Assembly (NCBI RefSeq): GCF_003790525.1 | Contig: NZ_CP033635.1 | From: Escherichia coli | GTDB taxonomy: Bacteria > Pseudomonadota > Gammaproteobacteria > Enterobacterales > Enterobacteriaceae | Length of the DNA stretch: 64,000 bases | Strand: one strand, 5' to 3' | Shown here: positions 44,429 to 55,661 of the stretch, one piece after another | How positions within the stretch are numbered: the first letter of the stretch is position 1 | Layout of the letters: every line of letters begins with the position of its first letter | Notes under the pieces: generated by a model | What the model saw: the letters and a program-made list of their open reading frames with translations, nothing else | Told to the model about the DNA's origin: nothing | Databases searched by the model: none | Position numbers and translations under genes: made by a program

Positions 44429-44522
44429 ATTGTTACGGAATTACGATTATCAACAAGCTGATAGTATACCGACGAAACTATTAACGGAGAACGAATATCT
44501 ACCCGTTCTCCGTCAAAAACCA

Positions 44523-45452
44523 TTACGCAGGCATCGCTTCACGCGGGATAATCGCGCCGCGATACTGAATAACGGTACTTGCGGTCAGGTGCCCGCGTTT
44601 CGCTGCGTCTTCCGCACTGCCGCCCGTCAAACGTACCGCCAGATAACCGGCACTGAAAGAGTCGCCAGCTGCGGTGGTATCGATCACTTTTTCTTTCGGC
44701 AGTTTTACCGCCGGAACATCCACTAACCCTTCGCCAGCAATGGACACCAGGCAAGAATCCGCCCCGCGTTTCACCACCACTTCTTTCACGCCCGCGTTAT
44801 GGGTGCGCGCAATGACGTCTTCCACCGGCTGTTGACCCCACAGCGCGTCTTCATCGTCCAGCGTCAGGAAGGCGATATCCGTGCATTCCAGCATTTGTTG
44901 GTACACCTGCTGTGTCTCTTCTTTGCTGGCCCACAGGCGCGGACGATAGTTATTGTCGAAAATCACTTTTCCGCCGTTGGCGCGGCATTCGCGCAGCAGG
45001 GAAAGCAGCTTTTCGCGGCTGGTCGGGCTTAAGATCGCCAGGCTAATCCCGCTCAGGTAGAGATAATCGAAATTCGCCAGCTCTTCACAAATCGCCGCGG
45101 ATTGCTCACTCTCCAGCCAGAATTTGGCGGCGGCTTCGTTACGCCAGTAGTAGAACGTACGTTCGCCGGTGCTGTCGGTTTCAATGTAGTAAAGGCCCGG
45201 CAGACGGTTTTCCATCCGTTGGGTCAGGGAAGTATCAACGTTCTCGCCGTGCCAGGCGTCCAGCATCTGCTGGCTAAAACTGTCCGTTCCCAGCGCCGTT
45301 ACGTAATGAACGGTTAATGCCGCAGGATCGACCTGACGGGCGATATAGACGGAAGTGTTCAGGGTATCGCCGCCGAAACCGCGCTTAACGTCCGCGCCTT
45401 TCTCGGAAAGCTCAATCATGCATTCGCCAATCACGGCAATCTTTTTGGACAT
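44523..45452 (-). CDS. kdgK: 2-dehydro-3-deoxygluconokinase
   Basis: Track ORF 44523-45800 trimmed to MSKKIAVIGECMIEL start at 45452 (309 aa); PfkB sugar-kinase family. Confidence 0.94.
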   Translation of the reverse strand: MSKKIAVIGECMIELSEKGADVKRGFGGDTLNTSVYIARQVDPAALTVHYVTALGTDSFSQQMLDAWHGENVDTSLTQRMENRLPGLYYIETDSTGERTFYYWRNEAAAKFWLESEQSAAICEELANFDYLYLSGISLAILSPTSREKLLSLLRECRANGGKVIFDNNYRPRLWASKEETQQVYQQMLECTDIAFLTLDDEDALWGQQPVEDVIARTHNAGVKEVVVKRGADSCLVSIAGEGLVDVPAVKLPKEKVIDTTAAGDSFSAGYLAVRLTGGSAEDAAKRGHLTASTVIQYRGAIIPREAMPA

Positions 45453-45608
45453 AGTCGTGAACCTGATCTGTAAAAAATTAGCGTTAGTTTGCGCTGTGGT
45501 GGTTTGCTGGTCAACCATATTAAAACAGTGTTCCATTATTTTTTTGAGCCAGAACGTATTCCTGAAAGATTCCGTTGTGGAGTGGGGAAATTTACCCCGG
45601 CCAGGCGG

Positions 45609-45635
45609 TAAAGTTCTGCCCTTGCGCGCCGATAA
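45609..45635 (+). promoter_or_regulatory. sigma28 (FliA) class III flagellar promoter of pdeH
   Basis: TAAA, 15-bp spacer, GCCGATAA, exact match to the sigma28 consensus, about 50 bp upstream of the pdeH ATG. Confidence 0.7.
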
Positions 45636-45683
45636 TCTTTGTCGAGTCCGGGCAGCATCACTTTTAAACACAGGACATCTTTG

Positions 45684-46451
45684 ATGATAAGGCAGGTTAT
45701 CCAGCGAATAAGCAACCCTGAAGCAAGCATCGAGAGCTTGCAGGAACGGCGTTTTTGGTTGCAGTGTGAGCGTGCTTACACCTGGCAGCCGATCTATCAA
45801 ACATGCGGGCGGTTAATGGCCGTGGAGCTATTAACGGTGGTCACGCATCCCTTGAACCCTTCGCAACGCCTGCCGCCGGATCGCTATTTTACTGAAATCA
45901 CCGTTAGCCATCGGATGGAGGTTGTGAAAGAGCAGATTGATTTGCTGGCGCAAAAAGCCGACTTCTTTGTAGAGCACGGCCTGCTGGCATCGGTCAATAT
46001 TGATGGCCCTACGCTCATCGCCCTGCGTCAGCAACCAAAAATCCTGCGCCAGATTGAGGATCTTCCCTGGCTGCGTTTCGAACTGGTGGAACACATCCGC
46101 CTGCCGAAAGATTCAACCTTTGCCTCGATGTGTGAATTTGGCCCGCTGTGGCTGGATGATTTTGGTACCGGGATGGCAAATTTCTCTGCACTAAGTGAAG
46201 TGCGTTATGACTACATCAAAATCGCGCGAGAACTGTTTGTGATGCTGCGTCAGTCACCGGAAGGACGCACACTCTTTTCTCAGCTTTTACATCTCATGAA
46301 TCGCTATTGTCGCGGGGTGATTGTTGAGGGCGTAGAAACGCCGGAAGAGTGGCGTGATGTTCAGAACTCGCCCGCATTCGCCGCACAAGGCTGGTTTCTT
46401 TCACGCCCGTCACCGATAGAAACGCTGAATACGGCGGTTCTGGCGCTATAA
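45684..46451 (+). CDS. pdeH: c-di-GMP phosphodiesterase PdeH (EAL only)
   Basis: Track ORF 45639-46451 trimmed to MIRQVIQRISN start (255 aa); EAL-domain motifs. Confidence 0.94.
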   Translation: MIRQVIQRISNPEASIESLQERRFWLQCERAYTWQPIYQTCGRLMAVELLTVVTHPLNPSQRLPPDRYFTEITVSHRMEVVKEQIDLLAQKADFFVEHGLLASVNIDGPTLIALRQQPKILRQIEDLPWLRFELVEHIRLPKDSTFASMCEFGPLWLDDFGTGMANFSALSEVRYDYIKIARELFVMLRQSPEGRTLFSQLLHLMNRYCRGVIVEGVETPEEWRDVQNSPAFAAQGWFLSRPSPIETLNTAVLAL

Positions 46452-46520
46452 GCTGCCTCATTTTCCGCCTGGCTGGACTATCTTTAGGACTGGCACAGGA
46501 AGAATATGAGGAAGCGAACG

Positions 46521-48581
46521 ATGAGCAAGGCAGGCAAAATAACCGCTGCGATTTCAGGGGCTTTCTTGTTGTTGATTGTCGTGGCGATCATTTTGATTGC
46601 AACTTTTGACTGGAATCGACTCAAACCGACCATCAACCAGAAAGTCTCTGCGGAGTTGAATCGTCCGTTCGCTATCCGTGGCGATCTGGGCGTGGTGTGG
46701 GAGCGGCAAAAACAAGAAACTGGCTGGCGCAGCTGGGTACCGTGGCCCCATGTACACGCGGAAGACATCATTCTTGGCAATCCACCGGATATTCCCGAAG
46801 TCACAATGGTGCATTTGCCGCGAGTAGAAGCGACGCTGGCCCCGCTGGAGCTGCTGACCAAAACGGTCTGGTTGCCGTGGATCAAGCTCGAAAAGCCCGA
46901 CGCGCGCCTGATTCGCCTCTCCGAAAAGAACAATAACTGGACGTTTAATCTCGGCAACGATGACAACAAAGACGCGAATGCAAAGCCGTCGGCGTGGTCG
47001 TTTCGGCTGGATAATATTCTGTTCGATCAAGGGCGGATCGCCATTGATGACAAAGTAAGCAAAGCGGATCTGGAAATTTTTGTCGATCCGTTAGGCAAGC
47101 CGCTGCCGTTCAGCGAAGTTACCGGATCGAAAGGTAAAGCGGATAAAGAAAAGGTGGGCGATTACGTTTTTGGCCTGAAGGCGCAGGGACGTTATAACGG
47201 TGAACCGCTCACTGGTACGGGAAAAATAGGCGGTATGCTGGCGCTGCGTGGCGAAGGTACGCCGTTTCCGGTACAGGCTGATTTCCGCTCTGGTAACACC
47301 CGTGTTGCTTTTGATGGCGTTGTGAATGACCCAATGAAGATGGGGGGTGTCGATTTACGGCTTAAATTTTCTGGCGATTCGCTGGGTGATCTCTATGAAC
47401 TGACGGGCGTTCTGCTGCCCGATACCCCGCCGTTTGAAACGGATGGTCGGCTGGTAGCGAAAATCGACACTGAAAAATCGTCGGTCTTTGATTATCGCGG
47501 TTTTAATGGGCGCATTGGCGATAGCGATATCCACGGTTCTCTGATCTACACCACCGGCAAGCCACGACCAAAACTGGAAGGTGATGTCGAGTCGCGGCAA
47601 TTGCGGCTGGCGGACCTGGGACCGTTGATTGGCGTTGATTCCGGGAAAGGAGCTGAAAAGTCGACACGGTCTGAACAGAAGAAGGGTGAAAAAAGCGTTC
47701 AGCCTGCGGGCAAAGTGCTGCCTTATGACCGCTTCGAAACCGATAAATGGGATGTCATGGATGCCGATGTTCGCTTCAAAGGGCGGCGCATTGAACATGG
47801 CAGTAGCCTGCCGATTAGCGATCTTTCTACTCATATCATCCTCAAAAATGCTGACCTGCGCCTGCAACCGCTGAAATTTGGCATGGCGGGCGGCAGCATT
47901 GCGGCGAATATTCATCTGGAAGGCGATAAAAAGCCGATGCAGGGGCGGGCAGATATTCAGGCTCGTCGACTGAAACTGAAAGAACTGATGCCCGATGTAG
48001 AACTGATGCAGAAGACGCTGGGGGAAATGAACGGTGACGCGGAACTACGCGGTAGCGGTAACTCGGTGGCGGCGCTTTTAGGCAACAGTAACGGCAACCT
48101 GAAACTGTTGATGAATGACGGGCTGGTGAGCCGCAACCTGATGGAGATTGTCGGGCTGAATGTCGGCAACTACATTGTCGGTGCGATATTTGGTGACGAT
48201 GAGGTGCGGGTGAACTGCGCGGCGGCGAATCTTGATATTGCCAACGGCGTGGCGCGCCCGCAGATCTTTGCTTTCGATACGGAGAACGCGTTGATTAACG
48301 TTACCGGCACGGCAAGTTTTGCTTCGGAACAGCTGGATTTGACTATCGATCCAGAAAGTAAAGGGATTCGGATTATCACACTGCGTTCGCCGCTGTATGT
48401 GCGTGGGACGTTTAAAAATCCGCAGGCTGGGGTAAAAGCCGGACCGTTGATTGCTCGCGGAGCCGTCGCGGCGGCACTGGCAACGCTGGTTACGCCAGCG
48501 GCGGCGTTACTGGCGCTGATCTCTCCTTCCGAAGGGGAGGCTAATCAGTGTCGGACGATTTTGTCGCAGATGAAGAAGTGA
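46521..48581 (+). CDS. yhjG: AsmA-family inner membrane-anchored protein YhjG
   Basis: Track ORF trimmed to MSKAGKITAAISGAF start (686 aa); N-terminal TM helix. Confidence 0.9.
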   Translation: MSKAGKITAAISGAFLLLIVVAIILIATFDWNRLKPTINQKVSAELNRPFAIRGDLGVVWERQKQETGWRSWVPWPHVHAEDIILGNPPDIPEVTMVHLPRVEATLAPLELLTKTVWLPWIKLEKPDARLIRLSEKNNNWTFNLGNDDNKDANAKPSAWSFRLDNILFDQGRIAIDDKVSKADLEIFVDPLGKPLPFSEVTGSKGKADKEKVGDYVFGLKAQGRYNGEPLTGTGKIGGMLALRGEGTPFPVQADFRSGNTRVAFDGVVNDPMKMGGVDLRLKFSGDSLGDLYELTGVLLPDTPPFETDGRLVAKIDTEKSSVFDYRGFNGRIGDSDIHGSLIYTTGKPRPKLEGDVESRQLRLADLGPLIGVDSGKGAEKSTRSEQKKGEKSVQPAGKVLPYDRFETDKWDVMDADVRFKGRRIEHGSSLPISDLSTHIILKNADLRLQPLKFGMAGGSIAANIHLEGDKKPMQGRADIQARRLKLKELMPDVELMQKTLGEMNGDAELRGSGNSVAALLGNSNGNLKLLMNDGLVSRNLMEIVGLNVGNYIVGAIFGDDEVRVNCAAANLDIANGVARPQIFAFDTENALINVTGTASFASEQLDLTIDPESKGIRIITLRSPLYVRGTFKNPQAGVKAGPLIARGAVAAALATLVTPAAALLALISPSEGEANQCRTILSQMKK

Positions 48582-48589
48582 TGATAATT

Positions 48590-48750
48590 GCCGGATGTCT
48601 GACATCCGGCAATTAAACAGATTTAGATTGTTGGCAAAGTGTGCTTTGTTCATGCCGGATGCGGCGTGAACGCCTCCGGCTTACAAATCCTTGCTAATTC
48701 AATATATTGTATGGAAATTCTGGCCTGATAAGCGTAGCGCATCAGGCTTT
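48590..48750. repeat. REP/BIME cluster between yhjG and yhjE
   Basis: GCCGGATGTCTGACATCCGGC palindrome, GCCGGATGCGGCGTGAACGCC, and CCTGATAAGCGTAGCGCATCAGGC resemble REP consensus sequences. Confidence 0.6.
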
Positions 48751-48759
48751 TCACTCTTA

Positions 48760-50082
48760 TTACAACGACTGATGTCGCGTCTCATGGGTCAGCAGCAGGG
48801 CGATTAACGTCAAGCCAGCCATCGCCGCCAGATATAGCCCCACCGCACCTAACCCGTAGTTAGTCTGCAACCAGGCTGCGATATACGGCGCAACGGAAGC
48901 CCCGAGAATCGACGATACGTTGTAAGAGAACGATGCTCCGGTGTAACGCACTTCTGTCGGGAACAGCTCTGGTAACAGCGCGCCCATCGGACCGAAGGTC
49001 AGCCCCATCAGACTTAACCCCAGCAGCAGGAAGGCAAAAACCAGAATCGGGTTGCCAGAACCGAGCAACGGGTTAAAGGCGAACAGCGCGAACAGGATGA
49101 TCAGCGTGGTGATGATTACCATGCTTTTACGGCGACCAAAGGCATCAGCCAGTAATCCGGCGACTGGCACCATCACGCCAAAACCAATAACTGCCATCAT
49201 CAGCATCCACAACACTTCGTTACGCGGCAGGCCAAGCCCAACTGGCGCGGCGGCGGTACTAAAGGTCATAGAGTAGACCGTCATGATGTAAAACAGCGTA
49301 TAGGTTGCCAGCATAATGAACGTACCCAGTACGGTTACGCGAACATGTTTGGTCAGCAGCGTACCCAGCGGGATCTTCACCTGTTTTTTCGCTTTAGCGA
49401 CTTTCTCAAACACCGGCGACTCATGCAGCGACACGCGAACATACAGGCCGATAATGACCAGCACCGCCGAGAAGATAAACGGCACGCGCCAGCCCCAGCT
49501 CATAAACTGCTCGTCGGTCAGTAGCCAGGAAAGCAGCAAGAAAGTGCCGTTGGCAAAGAAGAAGCCAATCGGTGCGCCCAGCTGCGGGAAGGAGCCATAC
49601 AGTGCACGTTTGCGCGGTGGGGCGTTTTCAGTCGCCAGCAGCGCCGCGCCGCCCCATTCGCCGCCTAAACCCAGACCCTGACCAAATCGAGCCAGCGCCA
49701 GCAGCAGCGGGGCGAAAATACCAATCGTGGCATAGCCCGGCAGCAGACCAATCACCACGGTCGAAATCCCCATCGTTAGCAACGAGGCGACCAGCGTCGC
49801 TTTACGCCCAACGCGATCGCCAAAATGACCAAAAACGGCAGAGCCAATGGGGCGCGCGACGAAGGCGATGGCGAAGGTGGCAAGCGACTGTAGCGTTGCT
49901 GCCGTAGGATCACCCTGCGGGAAGAAGATATGCGGAAACACAATAACGGCCGCAGTGGCGTAAATGTAAAAGTCGAAGAACTCAATGGCCGTGCCAATGA
50001 GAGAGGCGACAAGGACTTTATTACGCGAGTTGATCGGCGTGTATTCTTGCTCGTGGTCGAGTGTTGTGGCTGTTGCTTGCAT
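48760..50082 (-). CDS. yhjE: MFS metabolite:H+ symporter family transporter YhjE
   Basis: 440-aa polytopic ORF recognised as YhjE. Confidence 0.92.
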   Translation of the reverse strand: MQATATTLDHEQEYTPINSRNKVLVASLIGTAIEFFDFYIYATAAVIVFPHIFFPQGDPTAATLQSLATFAIAFVARPIGSAVFGHFGDRVGRKATLVASLLTMGISTVVIGLLPGYATIGIFAPLLLALARFGQGLGLGGEWGGAALLATENAPPRKRALYGSFPQLGAPIGFFFANGTFLLLSWLLTDEQFMSWGWRVPFIFSAVLVIIGLYVRVSLHESPVFEKVAKAKKQVKIPLGTLLTKHVRVTVLGTFIMLATYTLFYIMTVYSMTFSTAAAPVGLGLPRNEVLWMLMMAVIGFGVMVPVAGLLADAFGRRKSMVIITTLIILFALFAFNPLLGSGNPILVFAFLLLGLSLMGLTFGPMGALLPELFPTEVRYTGASFSYNVSSILGASVAPYIAAWLQTNYGLGAVGLYLAAMAGLTLIALLLTHETRHQSL

Positions 50083-50473
50083 AATCTTTTCTTATTTTTT
50101 GGCTAACGAATAGCCATATTACGCACAGCAAAAGTGATATTTCAATGTGTAACAAATCGCGGAAATGGTCAAAAATCAGGCAAAAAGGGGATAATGTTTA
50201 GGCCAGTGATTTTTCTTCTATGAAATGCTTCACATAATTTTATAAATAGTGGATAAAACTGGTTTCAGGTTAAATAAAAGTTACCAACTGGATTTATATG
50301 CTGGGGTTATGAGTTGGAATGAAATTGTTTGCTCCTGAAGAGATGTAGTTTCAGGTGGTTATGTGCATGTCATTGCCTGGTCTCTGGCTGGCTTGTACCC
50401 CCTCACCCTAATCCTCTCCCCGAAGGGGCGAGGGGATCGACCGTGCGTTTATCAGGCATTATAAACCAATGAA

Positions 50474-51487
50474 TTACCGCTGCGTTTTCCCCGGCATTCG
50501 CGGGTCGTCTTTATATTCGGCGGTGGCAATCCACGCCGCGCAAAACAGCGTCAAACGGGCGAAGAAGTAGAAAAATGCCATCAGCCCCAGCACGGAACCA
50601 AATGCTGCGCCAGAGGGGGATTTCATCAGCGATGGCAGGGTGTAAGTCATCACAATTTTAATCACTTCAAAACCAATAGCAGCCAGAAATGTTCCGCGAA
50701 TCAGGGCTTTTTTGCGCGGACGGTGGCGCGGTAACCGCCAGAAGATCCAGAAGAAAAGCAGATAGTTGGCGAAGATGGAAATCGCCAGGCCAATCAACCG
50801 CCACGTCGGTTTCAGCCACTCAATGCTGTTCAGGTGCAGGGCGCTAATAATCATTTGCTGCGCAGAACCGGCAACCGAGGTGATAGAAAGCGTCACAATC
50901 AGCGCAATCAACAAACCAATCAGCGAAATAAAATCACGCAGATATTTTACCCAGAACTTCTCCTGATCTTGCGGCGAGCGTTCCCAGACATCGCGCGACT
51001 GGGCACGAATCGCTTCACGCAGGTTACCCATCCAGTTGATGCCGGAATAAAGTGCCACCGCCAGGCCGACAAGCCCTACAGTCGTACGCTGCTGAACGGC
51101 GGTGTTGATGGTGTTTTTCAACGTGGCGGCTAGCGTCGGATCGCTGATGTTTTGCAGAATTTTGTCGAAGATATCCTGTAGCAACATCGGATGGGAGGCC
51201 AGCACAAAGCCCCCTGCGGCAAACGACACCATCAAAATCGGGATCATCGACAAAAATGAGAAATAGGTGATAGCCGCACCAAACTGGTTACCCAGCCGAT
51301 CGTTAAAGCGTTCTGTCGCGCGAATCAGGTGCGCAATAACCGGTTGGCGTTGGACTTTCTCGGCAGTAGTGGTGACGGTTTCCAGCGCCTGGCTAACTTT
51401 GCCGCCTTTCTCGCTATTATCCAACTGCTTAATCGGCTCGTGCTCCAGATCCTGGGTGGGACGTTTGATCTCGTTTTCCTGCGTCAT
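50474..51487 (-). CDS. yhjD: YihY/BrkB-family inner membrane protein YhjD
   Basis: 337-aa ORF; recognised as YhjD. Confidence 0.9.
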   Translation of the reverse strand: MTQENEIKRPTQDLEHEPIKQLDNSEKGGKVSQALETVTTTAEKVQRQPVIAHLIRATERFNDRLGNQFGAAITYFSFLSMIPILMVSFAAGGFVLASHPMLLQDIFDKILQNISDPTLAATLKNTINTAVQQRTTVGLVGLAVALYSGINWMGNLREAIRAQSRDVWERSPQDQEKFWVKYLRDFISLIGLLIALIVTLSITSVAGSAQQMIISALHLNSIEWLKPTWRLIGLAISIFANYLLFFWIFWRLPRHRPRKKALIRGTFLAAIGFEVIKIVMTYTLPSLMKSPSGAAFGSVLGLMAFFYFFARLTLFCAAWIATAEYKDDPRMPGKTQR

Positions 51488-51535
51488 CCGCTCTTTTGTC
51501 CTTCTGTCGTGGTCATTCTTAAAAAGTATAGTCGG

Positions 51536-52435
51536 TCAGTCCAGGTACTCTTTCATTACGCCAGCCAGCCACTGCATAAACAGGTTTACACGCCGGGAAA
51601 GCTCCCGACGCTGCGGATAAACCAGTGAAAGGGACAGCGGCTCGGCACGGTAGCCAGGCAACACTTCAATAAGCCGCCCGGCACGCAGGGCTTCGCGCAC
51701 GGCAATGCGCGGGATCTGAATAATCCCCAGACCGGCAAGACCGGCGGCGAGATAGTTTTCGCGACTGTTTACCGTCAACATGCCGCCAGACTTAAACCAC
51801 TGGACGCCATTAACGCTGGCAACCTCAAAACCTAACGGATGTACACCCAGGTGCGGTGTGTAACGCACTATTGCGTGCGAAGTCAGATCGTCGGGGCTTT
51901 GAGGATAACCAAAGCGCGTCAGATAGTGTGGACTGGCACAATTGACCACGGTCAGTTTGCCGAGGGGACGGGCGATAACGCCATCTTCCGGTAATGCGCC
52001 AGTGCGTATCACGCAATCAAAACCATCGTGAAGAATATCTACCGGACGGTCATGGCTACTCAGCTCCAGCTCAATTCCCGGATGCAGATAGAGAAATTCC
52101 GACAGGCGCGGCAGTAACAGGCTTTTCGCGATTCCTGGCGGGATGTCGATGCGTAATTTACCGCTGATACTGGTGGCATCCTGTTGAAACAGACCGTCCA
52201 GTTCGTTGAGATTACTCAACACATCTTTTGCCCGTTGATAATAGGTCATGCCTTCTGGCGTGAGTTTGACCCGCCGCGTGGTGCGCTGGAGAAGCTGGGT
52301 GCCAAGTTGATGTTCCAGTGCCTGTATCTGGCGCGAAACACTTCCCTTTGGCAAAGCAAAGAAATCCGCTGCGCGGGAAAAACTTTCCAGCTCAGCGACT
52401 TTGATGAACAACTGCATTGCGTGAATTTTATCCAT
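51536..52435 (-). CDS. yhjC: LysR-family transcriptional regulator YhjC
   Basis: Track ORF 51536-52507 trimmed to MDKIHAMQLFIKVAE start (299 aa); N-terminal HTH, LysR substrate-binding domain. Confidence 0.9.
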   Translation of the reverse strand: MDKIHAMQLFIKVAELESFSRAADFFALPKGSVSRQIQALEHQLGTQLLQRTTRRVKLTPEGMTYYQRAKDVLSNLNELDGLFQQDATSISGKLRIDIPPGIAKSLLLPRLSEFLYLHPGIELELSSHDRPVDILHDGFDCVIRTGALPEDGVIARPLGKLTVVNCASPHYLTRFGYPQSPDDLTSHAIVRYTPHLGVHPLGFEVASVNGVQWFKSGGMLTVNSRENYLAAGLAGLGIIQIPRIAVREALRAGRLIEVLPGYRAEPLSLSLVYPQRRELSRRVNLFMQWLAGVMKEYLD

Positions 52436-52954
52436 TTCTTTGACCGATTGTTGTTCACAGCGAAACAGTAGCGCGCATATCGCATTGTTTATTGTTTTTT
52501 CTAACATCTAATGCCGGGTTTCACAATGTTGTCATGACGAATGTGGCGATTTCTCAGCAGGAAAAGGGCGGAATAGCTTTATGAGAAAGGTGAATTTCCC
52601 TAAACAGAACGTTTTTTTCAGCGATTCCCTTTAAAGTGAACAGAGGACGTGTTGGCTATTTGTGCTTATTTTTGTCTCATTGCCATTTGTTATTTTTGCT
52701 TGTGGTCGCGGAGTTTCATTTTTAATTGCATGCGTACTAACCATCAATATAAGGAAATCCTCAAAATTGTTTTAAATAGTGCCCTCGACATGTAATTTCA
52801 GGCGTTTAGCTGTAACTATTTATATCGGTAACTATTTTCTACGCGTCATCTCTGTAGAATGGCCACCGCCAAATGGCGAATTCTTATTTTTTCTCGCGGG
52901 TAATACCCTTCCACTACTTAAGTCTTTTTAACGTATTCAGGTGGAGATTCAGTT

Positions 52955-53557
52955 ATGCAAATAGTCATGTTTGACAGGCAGTCAATATTTATTCATGGAA
53001 TGAAAATCAGTTTACAGCAGCGTATTCCAGGAGTGAGTATTCAGGGGGCCGGTCAGGCAGACGAGTTATGGCAAAAGCTGGAAAGTTACCCTGAAGCCTT
53101 AGTTATGCTCGATGGCGATCAGGATGGTGAGTTTTGCTACTGGTTGCTGCAAAAAACCGTGGTGCAGTTTCCTGAGGTTAAGGTGTTAATTACGGCGACG
53201 GATTGCAATAAACGGTGGTTACAGGAAGTTATCCATTTTAATGTGCTGGCCATTGTGCCTCGTGATTCAACCGTTGAGACATTTGCGTTGGCGGTAAATA
53301 GTGCGGCGATGGGGATGATGTTTCTGCCGGGAGACTGGCGAACGACGCCGGAAAAGGACATTAAAGATCTCAAATCGTTAAGCGCCCGCCAGCGGGAGAT
53401 TTTAACCATGTTAGCGGCGGGCGAATCAAATAAGGAGATCGGCAGGGCGCTGAATATCAGTACCGGAACGGTAAAAGCGCATCTGGAATCCCTGTATCGC
53501 CGTCTGGAAGTGAAAAATCGCACCCAGGCGGCAATGATGTTAAATATCTCCTCCTGA
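52955..53557 (+). CDS. yhjB: LuxR/FixJ-type orphan response-regulator-like protein YhjB
   Basis: 200-aa ORF; C-terminal LuxR HTH (LSARQREILTMLAAGESNKEIGRALNISTGTVKAH). Confidence 0.9.
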   Translation: MQIVMFDRQSIFIHGMKISLQQRIPGVSIQGAGQADELWQKLESYPEALVMLDGDQDGEFCYWLLQKTVVQFPEVKVLITATDCNKRWLQEVIHFNVLAIVPRDSTVETFALAVNSAAMGMMFLPGDWRTTPEKDIKDLKSLSARQREILTMLAAGESNKEIGRALNISTGTVKAHLESLYRRLEVKNRTQAAMMLNISS

Positions 53558-53570
53558 AGAGGATAATTTT

Positions 53571-53600
53571 ACAGCCAGCAGGAAGTTAGCGGCTGGCTGT
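53571..53600. terminator. bidirectional terminator between convergent yhjB and treF
   Basis: ACAGCCAGC / GCTGGCTGT hairpin flanked by AATTTT upstream and AAAAATATT downstream. Confidence 0.5.
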
Positions 53601-53607
53601 AAAAATA

Positions 53608-55287
<1,680 letters not shown>

Positions 55288-55540
55288 TTATCGGGCTTTT
55301 CTTTAAGGGTAGTCATTCGCTCCGCCTGGTGGGCGACAAAGCGTGCGGTGGATCACGTTTATTAACCTGCCAAAAAATATAACGCACTAATATCAATGGA
55401 ATTTATAAAAATACGGATTTCGTGTTGTTTTTCATTTTCAGAACATTCAATCCTGCTCTCGCCGCAATCATGATATGCCATTCCTGATCTGGGTAATAGG
55501 CACAGGCTATCTTATTGATAGTTTATATTCATGTAATTGA

Positions 55541-55554
55541 TTGATTCCTATCAA
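55541..55554. promoter_or_regulatory. FNR binding site upstream of yhjA
   Basis: TTGATTCCTATCAA, a perfect TTGAT-N4-ATCAA box about 108 bp upstream of the yhjA ATG; yhjA is known to be FNR/OxyR-activated. Confidence 0.6.
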
Positions 55555-55661
55555 AAAGCGTATTTCCCTGTTTTTTATGATGGCTTTGTCTCGCAGAGAC
55601 GTTTGCAGCATTCTGGAAAATTTTCTGGGTCACAATAACTCACCACCGTGAGGGAAGAATA

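Noticed and set aside
44429-44522. Possible integration-site direct repeats flanking the yhjJ-kdgK island
   Set aside because: Only a short shared string (ATTAACGG) was found near both ends, which is within chance expectation; no integrase or transposase is present. Left unresolved rather than called.
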